Shown piece by piece: positions 15,364 through 24,000 of a stretch of DNA of 24,000 nucleotides (within the stretch, counting starts at the first letter, position 1; each line of letters starts with the position of its first letter). Origin of the DNA: Anaerolineae bacterium (GTDB lineage Bacteria; Chloroflexota; Anaerolineae; Anaerolineales; Villigracilaceae); the NCBI GenBank assembly GCA_003484265.1, contig DNDO01000049.1, positions 1 to 24,000 of the forward strand. Reading direction: 5' to 3'. The notes under the pieces were generated by a model, which was not told where the DNA came from, did no database searches, and worked only from the letters and a program-made list of their open reading frames with translations. Both the position numbers and the translations under genes were made by a program.

Positions 15364-15813
15364 TTATCTTGGTTCTATGTATTGAGCCACGTTCGGTTTT
15401 TTCATGCGGTTGATTAACTTTGCGATCAATATACCCGCCGGGGCGGCGAATACAAAAGCAAGCAAACCGGCAATAACAACACCGATCACGGCAAGGATGC
15501 CCATCCAGATAAAAGCATAAGCGACAGGATCTTCCTTTACAACGTTTCCATCTGAATCCAGGCATTGCAGGACATACCCAGTGGAAGGCTGTCTGTTGCC
15601 GAATTCATCCGTAGATGTCGTGGCATAGGTGCGAATGTTCGTTGTTGTGTTCTCAGGGCAGACGATTGGCGCAACGGTGCGAACCGCCAGCCCGCTTGTG
15701 GCTGAGATTCCACCACCTATCATCACAACTGTGAAAACGCATAAACTGAGTATCCCAAATAAAATGAACCAAACGATACAGCCTGATAAAGTGCCTGTTG
15801 TTGCAGATTTCAT
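15364..15813 (-). CDS. Hypothetical 2-TM membrane protein with a Cys-containing extracytoplasmic loop
   Basis: Start re-set to MKSATTG (ATG = complement of 15811-15813), preceded by a GAGGAG SD. 149 aa, with an N-terminal TM, a loop of about 60 aa and a C-terminal TM. No recognisable family. Confidence 0.55.
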   Translation of the reverse strand: MKSATTGTLSGCIVWFILFGILSLCVFTVVMIGGGISATSGLAVRTVAPIVCPENTTTNIRTYATTSTDEFGNRQPSTGYVLQCLDSDGNVVKEDPVAYAFIWMGILAVIGVVIAGLLAFVFAAPAGILIAKLINRMKKPNVAQYIEPR

Positions 15814-15968
15814 AATATCTCCTCGTTGATTTGACATGACAAGTACAATACACCCTAACACTCGTAATAGTAATAGGATACTGGTCATTCTCCGTTGTTA
15901 TTTTGAGCGTAAACTCATATTGTGACTGAAATTGTTGTACGCTACAATAAGTGCATCAAGGAGAAACC

Positions 15969-17435
15969 ATGACAATAATTGACCTGACCATCGAAAAATC
16001 CCGCCGTGCGAATGCCATCAAACGAGCCAAAGAACGCAATATTATTATTCCCACATACGCACAAATGAAAGACCCGGCGAAGATTCCTTCCAAGATCAAG
16101 GATGAATTGAAAAATATCGGACTCTGGGACATTCATCCGCGCAACCTATTTCGTATAAACTGGCACAATCAGCCCACCGCTTCAGGCGGGACTTTCGGCG
16201 GAGTCAACTATCTGGAACTTCCTTCTTCGTTGACAGGGATCCCCGCGCGCATCATTGCCATCGTTGGCAAATGGTTTCCAACGGGAGCGCACAAGGTCGG
16301 CGCGGCGTTTAGCTGTCTAGTGCCGCGGCTGGTCACAGGTCAGTTTGACCCGACGACCCAGAAAGCAGTCTGGCCCTCCACAGGGAACTATTGTCGCGGC
16401 GGCGCATACGACTCCGCTTTGCTGGGGTGTGAGTCCATCGCGATTTTGCCTGAGGGTATGTCCAAGGAAAGGTTCGAATGGCTTGAAAAGGTTGCGGGCG
16501 AGACGATCAAAACGCCTGGTTCCGAATCGAACGTGAAGGAGATTTTCGATAAATGTTGGGAGTTGAAAAAATCAGGACAAGACTTGATGATCTTCAATCA
16601 ATTTGAAGAGATGGGTAATTACCTGTGGCATTATGAAGTCACGGGGCACGCAATGGCAGAAGTGCTCGAGCAGGTCATGCGTCCGAATGACCGCTTCCGC
16701 GGTATGGCATCCGCCACAGGCTCGGCAGGGACGATTGCCAGCGGCGATTATCTGAAACAACTTTTCCCCGACAGCAAGATCGTCGCGAGTGAGGCATTGC
16801 AATGCCCGACACTGCTCGAAAACGGATTTGGCGCGCATCGAATCGAAGGCATCGGCGACAAACACGTGCCGTGGGTGCATAACGTGAAGAACACGGATGT
16901 GGTTACCGCGATTGACGATAACGCCGTTGTCAACATTGCCCGCCTTTTCAACGAAGAAAATGGACGTGCCCACCTTGTTGAGAAAGGCGTTCCCGAATCT
17001 GTTATTTCCAATCTCGATCTGCTGGGTTTCTCTGGCATCTCAAATGTATTGTCTTGTATCAAGACTGCAAAATATTACGAAATGGACGAGAACGATATTA
17101 TGGTCACCATGTTGACCGACTCGATGGAACTCTATCGTTCGCGCCTTCACGAAATGCATCAGGAGTTTGGTGAATATTCTGAATTGAACGCCGCCGCAGA
17201 CTTGGCCCGCTACCTGCACGGCGAATCAACTGATAACATGCTCGAACTCCGCTACACCGATAAACGACGCGTGCATAATCTGAAATACTATACCTGGGTT
17301 GAGCAACAAGGACGCACGTATGAAGAAATCCAACAACAATGGTATGAACCGAATTACTGGACCGATGTCCAGAAACAGGCAAACGAGATCGATGAGTTAA
17401 TCGTTGAGTTCAATAGTGAAGTTGGAATCGCATAA
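15969..17435 (+). CDS. Fold-type II PLP-dependent enzyme (TrpB/CysK-like, long form)
   Basis: Start re-set to MTIIDL after an AAGGAG SD (15958-15963). 488 aa. PLP-lysine motif FPTGAHKVGAA (compare TrpB TGAHK) and the glycine loop ATGSAGTIASG. Confidence 0.75.
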   Translation: MTIIDLTIEKSRRANAIKRAKERNIIIPTYAQMKDPAKIPSKIKDELKNIGLWDIHPRNLFRINWHNQPTASGGTFGGVNYLELPSSLTGIPARIIAIVGKWFPTGAHKVGAAFSCLVPRLVTGQFDPTTQKAVWPSTGNYCRGGAYDSALLGCESIAILPEGMSKERFEWLEKVAGETIKTPGSESNVKEIFDKCWELKKSGQDLMIFNQFEEMGNYLWHYEVTGHAMAEVLEQVMRPNDRFRGMASATGSAGTIASGDYLKQLFPDSKIVASEALQCPTLLENGFGAHRIEGIGDKHVPWVHNVKNTDVVTAIDDNAVVNIARLFNEENGRAHLVEKGVPESVISNLDLLGFSGISNVLSCIKTAKYYEMDENDIMVTMLTDSMELYRSRLHEMHQEFGEYSELNAAADLARYLHGESTDNMLELRYTDKRRVHNLKYYTWVEQQGRTYEEIQQQWYEPNYWTDVQKQANEIDELIVEFNSEVGIA

Positions 17436-17442
17436 AGATTAT

Positions 17443-17476
17443 CAGGGCGAGGCGAAAGACCTCGTCCTGAGTTTTC
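17443..17476 (+). terminator. Rho-independent terminator after the PLP enzyme gene
   Basis: CAGGGCGAGG (17443-17452), 7-nt loop, CCTCGTCCTG (17460-17469), one G-U pair, followed by AGTTTTC. Confidence 0.6.
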
Positions 17477-17576
17477 TATACAAGTTTCTTCTGGTAGGTT
17501 GGATGTAACTTTTCCTTCTCTATCTGTGTTGTAATCCATAAAGTGTGGCTCCCTTTGAAGATTTTGCGGAGGTCTC

Positions 17577-18203
17577 ATGGCACTTATTCAATTCACTCGA
17601 AACTATCGTGACTTAAGTACGGATGCAGGTTTCCAATTCGAATTCTTTTGTGATCGCTGCGGCAACGGTTATCAAACCGAATTTCAAGCGTCGGCGCTGG
17701 GAACCGCGACGAATGTTCTTGATGCCGCTAACAATCTCTTCGGAGGCGTGTTGGGAAAAGCCGCGAACGTAGCGCGCGGAGTCCGTTCGGCAGGATGGGA
17801 GAAGGCGCATGACAAAGCTTTTGCTGAAGCCGTCAAGGAAGCCAAACCTCACTTTCACAAATGCAAACGTTCGGGGCATTGGGTCGATGGCGACTGCTGG
17901 AACAACGAACGCGGTCTCTGCAAGGAATGTGCACCAGATATGCAGGAAGAAATGTCCTCCATCCAAGTGCAAGCCGCGGTCGCCGATGTGCGCGAAAAAG
18001 CCAATCAGGTCGATTACGTCTCTGCCGATCAATTCAAACAAGACATCATTGCCACATGTCCGCATTGCGGAGCAAAGGCAAGCGGTGGAAAATTCTGCCA
18101 GGAATGCGGCAAACTATTAGCCGCTGAAAAATTCTGCAAAAACTGCGGCGCGAAAATAGACATGAGTGCAAAATTCTGCGACGAATGCGGAACCAAACAA
18201 TAA
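17577..18203 (+). CDS. Multi-zinc-ribbon protein (double zinc ribbon repeats at the C-terminus)
   Basis: 208 aa with a GGAGG SD. CxxC pairs: CDRCGNGY, CKRSGH...CKECAP, then CPHCGAK...FCQECGK...FCKNCGAK...FCDECGTK. Confidence 0.72.
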   Translation: MALIQFTRNYRDLSTDAGFQFEFFCDRCGNGYQTEFQASALGTATNVLDAANNLFGGVLGKAANVARGVRSAGWEKAHDKAFAEAVKEAKPHFHKCKRSGHWVDGDCWNNERGLCKECAPDMQEEMSSIQVQAAVADVREKANQVDYVSADQFKQDIIATCPHCGAKASGGKFCQECGKLLAAEKFCKNCGAKIDMSAKFCDECGTKQ

Positions 18204-18240
18204 ACAATCGGGCGAGGATTTCCTCGCCCGATTGTTTATA
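18204..18240 (+). terminator. Rho-independent terminator
   Basis: Perfect 14-bp complementary arms CAATCGGGCGAGGA (18205-18218) and TCCTCGCCCGATTG (18221-18234), followed by TTTAT. Confidence 0.75.
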
Positions 18241-18249
18241 ATACAGACG

Positions 18250-18834
18250 ATGCTCAAGCCAACAGATTTGATCCTCGTCTGCCTGCTCCCAACTCCGCGT
18301 GATCTGGAAATCGCGAGGCTTCTCGGATGGTACCGCATCCCGCTTCGAACCGCACCGAAAGTTGTAGCTGTAGACTATCTGGCTTTTTACCAGCCATCGA
18401 CATTCGGCGATCGCGGCGGACAGATCGAGTTCATCTCCCAGGTCCGCGGACATGAATTGACCACTCGCGGTGAACTCCTCAAAGAGGAAGCAGATCATCC
18501 GCGCGCGAAAGAGGAATATTACAAAATCCAGATCGGCGCATTGGAAAAAATGAACGAGCCAGTCAAGTCTGATAGGTGGAAACGATTGACATTTCTATAC
18601 ACAACGGGGGAATACTTATTGAAATCAAAATCACTAAATGATCTTGTAGTGAATGGAGATGAACGTCAACTTCTCTGGCGATCCCTGCGAGAACGTGCTG
18701 AAAACCAACAACTCTATACTGCTGGTCTTCCCGAAGCCGACATTCCACCTGAGGTGTTGATTGCATTGCTGGGGATAAAGGATATGCAAGAGCCATACGA
18801 TGCGAAGGAGCAAGCCAATGGCGATTCTGATTAA
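18250..18834 (+). CDS. Conserved hypothetical protein (no recognisable domain)
   Basis: The track ORF starts at 18166, inside the upstream gene and terminator. Start re-set to MLKPTDLILVCLL (ATG at 18250). 194 aa. Its 3' end overlaps the dihydropyrimidinase start by 17 nt. Confidence 0.55.
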   Translation: MLKPTDLILVCLLPTPRDLEIARLLGWYRIPLRTAPKVVAVDYLAFYQPSTFGDRGGQIEFISQVRGHELTTRGELLKEEADHPRAKEEYYKIQIGALEKMNEPVKSDRWKRLTFLYTTGEYLLKSKSLNDLVVNGDERQLLWRSLRERAENQQLYTAGLPEADIPPEVLIALLGIKDMQEPYDAKEQANGDSD

Positions 18835-20230
18835 GAATGGCACTCTGGTGACAGCCACCGAAACTATCGAAGCAGATATTTTGATCGAAGGGGAAACCAT
18901 CGTGCAAATCGGCAACAAACTCCAACACCCTAACGCGGACATCATAGATGCAGGAGGCAAACTCATCATGCCTGGCGGCATCGACCCTCACGTGCATCTC
19001 GACCTGCCCATGTTTGGCACTGTTTCGTCTGACGATCATTATACAGGTCATAAAGCCGCGGCATTCGGCGGGACCACAACAGTCATGGACTTTGTTGTGC
19101 TTGAAGAAAAGGGTTTTGAATTTTCTGCGGACCTGTGGATGAAGAAAGCCGAAAAGGCCGCAATTGACTATTCCTTCCATATGAACCTGACGCAGTTCAA
19201 TGAGAGAATCGCAAAAGAGATTCCATCTTTGATGAAAATGGGAATTCAAACCCTCAAAGTCTTTACCGCATACAACGGACGCCTCCGCATCGACGACGGG
19301 AGCATCTTCAAGGCAATGCAGATCGCCAGGGACAACGGAATGCTGGTCATGGCGCATTGCGAGAACGGAGATGTCATTGATACGCTGACAGAACAAGCCT
19401 TAATAGCAGGGCATACTTCACCAGAATGGCACGCGTTGACCAGACCTGCCTGGGGCGCAGTCGAGGCTGGTTTGCGGGTGGCAGGCATGGCGTCCGCGGC
19501 GGACGCGAGCGTATACATCGTCCATATGAACGCAGGCGGTGAAGTGGATATGCTGCAGTACACACGAGAGCGAGGCATTAAGGTGATGGGGGAGACCTGT
19601 CCGCAATATCTGTTCTTTACAGAAGATGACCTGAGAAAGCCCGATGGCGCGAAATGGATCTGTTCTCCGCCGGTGCGGACGAAGAACGATAACACTCGTC
19701 TGTGGGAAGGGTTGACTGATGGTATTTTGCAGACAATAGGCACGGATCATTGCCCATTCTTTTTTAACGGGACCAAGCCCATCGTCTATGAAGGAAGCGA
19801 GATCGCCATCCCCGGTAAGGAACTGGGGAAGGATGATTTCACAAAGATCCCGAACGGTCTACCGGGTATTCAAGATCGTATGCCCGTGTTATGGACAAAG
19901 GGTGTGGGAACAGGGCAGATCACAAAGAATCAATTTGTTGCTTATATGAGCACGAACCCTGCGAAGATATTTGGTTTGTATCCTCGAAAGGGTGCATTGA
20001 TGGAAGGCTCGGATGCTGACATCGTGATCTGGGATGCGGAAAAGAAAGTAAAGTATGGCATGACGATGTCGCATCAACGCACGGACTATAACCTGTACGA
20101 AGGCTGGGAGTTGACCGGCTACCCCGAAAAAGTTTTCCTGCGCGGGCAGATGATCGTGGACAGCGATGAGTGGAAGGGCAGGAGAGGGATGGGCCAGTTT
20201 ATAAAAAGAAGCGACGGAATGGTTATCTAG
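18818..20230 (+). CDS. Dihydropyrimidinase / D-hydantoinase (cyclic amidohydrolase)
   Basis: Start re-set to MAILIKNGTLV after a GAAGGAG SD (18804-18810). 470 aa. Metal motif GGIDPHVHL, carboxylated-Lys context LKVFTAY, and HCENG. Confidence 0.9.
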   Translation: MAILIKNGTLVTATETIEADILIEGETIVQIGNKLQHPNADIIDAGGKLIMPGGIDPHVHLDLPMFGTVSSDDHYTGHKAAAFGGTTTVMDFVVLEEKGFEFSADLWMKKAEKAAIDYSFHMNLTQFNERIAKEIPSLMKMGIQTLKVFTAYNGRLRIDDGSIFKAMQIARDNGMLVMAHCENGDVIDTLTEQALIAGHTSPEWHALTRPAWGAVEAGLRVAGMASAADASVYIVHMNAGGEVDMLQYTRERGIKVMGETCPQYLFFTEDDLRKPDGAKWICSPPVRTKNDNTRLWEGLTDGILQTIGTDHCPFFFNGTKPIVYEGSEIAIPGKELGKDDFTKIPNGLPGIQDRMPVLWTKGVGTGQITKNQFVAYMSTNPAKIFGLYPRKGALMEGSDADIVIWDAEKKVKYGMTMSHQRTDYNLYEGWELTGYPEKVFLRGQMIVDSDEWKGRRGMGQFIKRSDGMVI

Positions 20231-20231
20231 G

Positions 20232-22724
20232 TTATTTTGCCAACAGCTTATCGATGGTCCTGACCAGTGCCTTTAAACTTACCGGCTTGCTCATATATTC
20301 ATTCGCTCCGGCTTCGATGCAACGCTCGCGGTCGCCTGGCATCGCGAGAGCAGTAAGGGCGATGATCGGGGTGGAATCGAAGCGAGAATCTGCGCGCAAT
20401 TGGCGGATCGCCTCCAGGCCGTTCATTTTTGGCATTTGGATATCCATCAGGATCAAGGCGGGTAAAATTTCTTTTGCGCGGGCGATAGCTTCTAACCCGT
20501 CCGGAACGTCAATAACTTCATATCCGTAATCGGACAGATACGCTTGAATCGTCATGACGTTGGATTCGATGTCTTCAGCAAGCAGGATCAAATCGCGTTT
20601 GGGAGATTGAGCGCGATTTCGGATATCAATTAGATCGGGTGAATTCGGTTTGTTCTCAGGAGACAAAGATTCATCCAGCTTCCACGGTAATACAACATTG
20701 AAGCGACTGCCTTTTCCAAATTCACTCTCGACTTGGATACTGCCACCATGCAGTTCCGTCAGCTTGTAGACGATCACTAATCCGAGTCCGGTTCCCTCCT
20801 GCCGGCGGGACAGACTATTGTCCACCTGTGTAAATGGTGAGAATAGCTTATTCAAATCATTCTGCTTGATGCCAATCCCAGTGTCGCTTACGGAGAATAG
20901 GATTTGCTCCCTTTCGGCAGAAATTTTCACCTCGAGCGAAACCCTGCCTTTTTCGGGTGTGAATTTGACTGCATTGTTGAGCAGATTGACGAGAATTTGT
21001 TTCAATCGCTGCGGGTCGGCACGCATGGTGGTAGTGGATGTGTCGTTAATGAACTCGACCGAGATGGATTTCTTGATGGCTTCAGTTTTAATGAAATTGA
21101 GGCTGGATTCGCAAATTTCCGTAACTGATATGATTTCCGGGTGGATATTTAGTTTTCCGGCTTCGATCTTGGAGACATCCAGAATGTCATTAATTAAAAC
21201 CAGCAGGTGACTACCGCTGGAAGAAATCATTTGAATATATTGTTCCTGCTTCTCGTTGAGTGGACCACGCCTCTGTTCGAGCAGGTATTCAGAGAAGCCG
21301 AGAATGCTGTTGAGCGGTGTGCGAAGTTCGTGACTCATAGTCGCCAGGAATTCATCCTTGGCGCGGTTCGCGTGTTCCAGTTCGAGATTGAGGCGGTTTA
21401 ACTCTGCTGTGCGTTCCTTGACGCGATTTTCCAGGTCGATGTTGGAAAGCTGCAACTCCTTAAAGAGGTTGGAGTTATCGATCGCGATGGCGGCTTGTTT
21501 ACCAAGTGCATTGAAAAAATTCAGCCACCCCTCGTCTGCTTCGAATGGTTTGCGATAATAAACTTCCATTACACCCAGGATTTCGTCTTTTGCGATCAGG
21601 GGAATGCAGTAATAGGAGACGAATTCTTCCGGTACGAATTTTGATGCACGCAAAAAACCCGTTTCACTCACCTGTATGTTCGGGATATAAGCCATTTGTC
21701 GTAAAGCAGCTACACGCCCTGCATAACCTTCGCCCAGCGATAAACTTGTGTATTGTGATGCCTGTGTTCGAAAGCCATGCCCGGCTGCGAAGTTTAGGAT
21801 CTGGCTGTTTTTATCATATAAAAGCAGGATTGCCGCATCGGCGTTCAATTGGGGAAGTCCCTGTTCAAGGATCGTCTTGAATACATGATTCTGATCCATG
21901 CTCCCCGCTATTGCCTCGTCAATAGCATGCAGTGCCTCCAGTCGCTTTAGATGACGATGGATTTCTTCTTCCGCTTTTCTTTGGTCGGTTATATCGCGGA
22001 TTACAGAGATCGCCATTTGACCTTGGTCGGTCTCTATTGCGCTCATGCTAATGTCTACCGGGAATAAACTGCCATCTTTCCGTTGCGCATACAGATCCAG
22101 ACCAAGCCCGATCGTGCGAATCGCAGGTGCGGCGAGATCCTGATCACGATGTCCCAGTGAGACAATGCTTTTAAATTCGGAAATTAGATTTTCGATGGGT
22201 TTACCAAGAAGATCCTCACGCCGATAGCCAAAAACCACCTCGGTTTGGGAGTTGACAATGTTTATGTTCCACGCGGAGTCCACCACAACCACGCCGTCCG
22301 GCATGGCTTCCAACATAATTTGCATTTGTTTTTCGTTCCGTTTGCGCTCGATGGCATACTGTAAGACACGCCCCAGTATCTGGCTGGTTACTTCACCCTT
22401 GACCAGGTAATCCTGAGCGCCCTGCCTGATCGCTTCGATGGTAGTCTGGTCGTCAGCCAAACCGCTGAGTACTATGACCGGAATTATCGTTGCCTGATGA
22501 AGCAAACTTCTCAATGTATCCAAACCACGGCTGTCTGGTAGATTGAGATCCAGGAGGACAACGTCAAATGGCTGGTTAAGGATGCGTCGCAAGCCTTCCG
22601 ACAAAGTGCCAGCGAGTTCGAGTTTGCTCGTAACTGTCCTTGCTTCTGCCAGGGATTCTCTAAATAGAAGAACGTCATCGGGATCGTCTTCGATCAATAA
22701 GATTTGAAGTTGGCTCTGTTCCAT
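20232..22724 (-). CDS. Hybrid sensor histidine kinase: REC-PAS-GAF-HisKA-HATPase_c-REC
   Basis: Start re-set to MEQSQLQILLIEDD (ATG = complement of 22722-22724). N-terminal receiver (VVLLDLNLPD), a PAS-like block (LEAMPDGVVVVD), and a GAF-like block (GEGYAGRVA). H-box SHELRTPLNSILGF, N and G boxes NLLNNAVKFT and DTGIGI ... GTGLGL. C-terminal receiver ILMDIQMPKMNG. Confidence 0.9.
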   Translation of the reverse strand: MEQSQLQILLIEDDPDDVLLFRESLAEARTVTSKLELAGTLSEGLRRILNQPFDVVLLDLNLPDSRGLDTLRSLLHQATIIPVIVLSGLADDQTTIEAIRQGAQDYLVKGEVTSQILGRVLQYAIERKRNEKQMQIMLEAMPDGVVVVDSAWNINIVNSQTEVVFGYRREDLLGKPIENLISEFKSIVSLGHRDQDLAAPAIRTIGLGLDLYAQRKDGSLFPVDISMSAIETDQGQMAISVIRDITDQRKAEEEIHRHLKRLEALHAIDEAIAGSMDQNHVFKTILEQGLPQLNADAAILLLYDKNSQILNFAAGHGFRTQASQYTSLSLGEGYAGRVAALRQMAYIPNIQVSETGFLRASKFVPEEFVSYYCIPLIAKDEILGVMEVYYRKPFEADEGWLNFFNALGKQAAIAIDNSNLFKELQLSNIDLENRVKERTAELNRLNLELEHANRAKDEFLATMSHELRTPLNSILGFSEYLLEQRRGPLNEKQEQYIQMISSSGSHLLVLINDILDVSKIEAGKLNIHPEIISVTEICESSLNFIKTEAIKKSISVEFINDTSTTTMRADPQRLKQILVNLLNNAVKFTPEKGRVSLEVKISAEREQILFSVSDTGIGIKQNDLNKLFSPFTQVDNSLSRRQEGTGLGLVIVYKLTELHGGSIQVESEFGKGSRFNVVLPWKLDESLSPENKPNSPDLIDIRNRAQSPKRDLILLAEDIESNVMTIQAYLSDYGYEVIDVPDGLEAIARAKEILPALILMDIQMPKMNGLEAIRQLRADSRFDSTPIIALTALAMPGDRERCIEAGANEYMSKPVSLKALVRTIDKLLAK

Positions 22725-22828
22725 TTTACTAATCCATCCACTCACTGAGGGGTAAATTAACGACCGATCGCACATTGACAGGCGATGTATGGCAGTGTAC
22801 TAACTGCGGCGGGTGTGGTCTCCGCGCT

Positions 22829-23296
22829 TTACGTATTGCCTTTCTTATCCTTTGAAGGTAGCTTGACGATCTGCACCCAGTATTCACCAAGCCCCTTGAT
22901 GATTTCAACCAGAGATTCAAACGTAACAGGTTTGGTGATAAAGCCAGCCGCGCCGAGGTCGTAACTGCGAAGGATATCTTCATCGGCCTTGGATGTCGTC
23001 AGCACAACCGCTGGAAGTTTCTTCAATCGTGGGTCGACTTTGATCTCTTTGAGCGCTTCGCGACCATCCTTGCGTGGCATATTCAAATCGAGCAGGAGCA
23101 GGTCCGGAAATGGAAAGGTATCCCGGTTTGAATACTCTCCTCGTCCATGTAGATAATCAAGGAGTTCGATTCCGTCTCCCACAAAATGCAGGCTGTTGGC
23201 TACATGGCTCTCGGCAAACGCCTCCTTGACCAATAGACGATCATCTGCATCGTCCTCGGCCATAAGGATAACAACAATTTTTAGATCATGGTTCAT
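22829..23296 (-). CDS. Single-domain response regulator, Rcp1/phytochrome-associated type
   Basis: 155 aa. EDDADD ... LLLLDLNMPRKDGREALKEIK ... LPAVVLTTSKADEDILRSYDLGAAGFITKP ... YW. This closely follows the cyanobacterial Rcp1-type RR pattern as recalled. ATGA overlap with the upstream kinase stop. Confidence 0.88.
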   Translation of the reverse strand: MNHDLKIVVILMAEDDADDRLLVKEAFAESHVANSLHFVGDGIELLDYLHGRGEYSNRDTFPFPDLLLLDLNMPRKDGREALKEIKVDPRLKKLPAVVLTTSKADEDILRSYDLGAAGFITKPVTFESLVEIIKGLGEYWVQIVKLPSKDKKGNT

Positions 23297-24000
23297 GTGG
23301 AAGATCCTCCGTTGGGATTGCGGTTGGATAATGTCACAAGGAAGGTAGTTCCTTCACCAGGTCTGCTGGTGGCGGTGATATTGCCCTCGTGGCGTTCAAC
23401 GATACGCCGGCAGATGGCCAGCCCCATGCCAGAGCCTTCAAATTCATCACGGTTGTGCAGACGCTGGAAGGGTTTGAAGATGCGGTCAAGGTATTGTATG
23501 TCAAAGCCGATTCCATTGTCTGCAACCGAAATCCGGCAGAAATCTTTTTCGATTTCAGCAGAGACCTTGATGCGAGGAGGATTTCCATTCTTCTGGAACT
23601 TCAACGCATTACCGATCAGGTTTTGTAGTAACTGATGCATCTGGGTTGAGTCAGCCTGGATCGTGGGCAGATTGCTGATCTCCACGCGGGCACCTGTCCG
23701 CTCCATGATGTTTTCTAGATTGGAAAGTACCTCACGGATGATCACATTTAGGTCAACTTTAGTAAACGGCTGGGCGCGTGTGGAAACGCGCGAGAGGCTG
23801 AGCAGGTCGCCAATTAAAACCTGCATTCGTTGGCTGGCATTTTGCATGCGCAGCAAGTAATCTTTCCCGGTATCATCAAGTACGTCTGCATATTTGTTTG
23901 CCAATCTGTCACCAAAAGCCAGCACTTTTCGCAATGGTTCCTGTAAGTCATGTGAAGCTACGTAGGCAAATTCCTGCAAATCACGGTTACTTTGCTCGAG
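23293..24000 (-). CDS. Sensor histidine kinase, C-terminal transmitter only (sensor domains lie beyond the right window edge)
   Basis: The frame is open to position 24000 (LEQSNRDLQEFAYVASHDLQEPLRKV). This H-box is the type common in phytochrome and PAS/GAF kinases. N box LIGNALKF, G boxes DNGIGF and GSGMGLAICRRIV. Confidence 0.85.
   Translation of the reverse strand, partial: LEQSNRDLQEFAYVASHDLQEPLRKVLAFGDRLANKYADVLDDTGKDYLLRMQNASQRMQVLIGDLLSLSRVSTRAQPFTKVDLNVIIREVLSNLENIMERTGARVEISNLPTIQADSTQMHQLLQNLIGNALKFQKNGNPPRIKVSAEIEKDFCRISVADNGIGFDIQYLDRIFKPFQRLHNRDEFEGSGMGLAICRRIVERHEGNITATSRPGEGTTFLVTLSNRNPNGGSST

Noticed and set aside
18089-18179. Three imperfect direct repeats AAAATTCTGC-N6-TGCGG spaced 39 and 42 nt apart
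   Set aside because: They are the codon-level image of the repeated KFCxxCG zinc-ribbon motif inside the CDS, not an independent DNA repeat element.
17443-18234. The two terminator hairpins flanking the zinc-ribbon gene share a GGGCGAGG stem core (possible REP-like family)
   Set aside because: Only an 8-mer is shared between two copies. That is too short to call a repeat family from one window.
18563-19396. 277-aa - strand ORF
   Set aside because: It is the antisense shadow of the dihydropyrimidinase and hypothetical genes, with no recognisable motifs. The same reasoning applies to the other antisense ORFs inside the P450, photolyase, PLP enzyme and kinase genes.
20228-20234. Convergent stop codons of the dihydropyrimidinase (TAG, 20228-20230) and the hybrid kinase (TAA on the - strand, 20232-20234) are 1 nt apart with no terminator
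   Set aside because: It is real but unremarkable. Tight convergent packing is common, and there is no sequence evidence of a regulatory role.
1-24000. CRISPR arrays, tRNA/rRNA genes, IS elements, integrases, toxin-antitoxin or defence-system genes
   Set aside because: I saw no repeat-spacer periodicity, no tRNA-like T-arm (GGTTCGAATCC-type) strings, no terminal inverted repeats bracketing a transposase-like ORF, and no nuclease- or ATPase-type defence signatures in any frame.

Overview
Bacterial chromosomal window, about 24 genes, with no rRNA, tRNA, CRISPR or IS element seen. Strong GGAGG-type SD sites and the gene content suggest a monoderm, possibly Chloroflexota-like organism (inference only). 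The left ~10 kb is a light-response island. A divergent promoter region (9104-9167) separates crtB plus a TspO-like gene on the + strand from a co-directional 10-gene array on the - strand. That array reads crtI, a MerR/B12-binding LitR/CarH-type photoregulator, a heliorhodopsin, four small membrane proteins (DUF1475-, DUF3159-, DUF1295-, DUF4345-like), CPD photolyase, a cytochrome P450 and a lycopene-cyclase-domain gene that runs off the left edge. The divergent region holds a perfect 9-3-9 palindrome that carries the -35 hexamer of near-consensus promoters in both directions. It also has CarH-operator-like 11-bp direct repeats. The middle is an apparently ordinary + strand cluster: membrane-anchored FAD monooxygenase, SGNH lipoprotein, O-methyltransferase, PatB/MalY-type C-S lyase. 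It is followed by a 2-TM membrane protein, a TrpB-like PLP enzyme, a multi-zinc-ribbon protein, a conserved hypothetical and a dihydropyrimidinase. The right edge is a - strand signalling module: a partial histidine kinase, an Rcp1-like single-domain response regulator and an REC-PAS-GAF-HK-REC hybrid kinase. The main lead is the heliorhodopsin, a protein family whose function is largely unresolved. Here it sits in what looks like one B12-photoreceptor-controlled transcription unit, alongside carotenoid synthesis, photolyase and four uncharacterised membrane proteins that could be its partners. All family calls rest on motif recognition and recalled sequences, not database searches.
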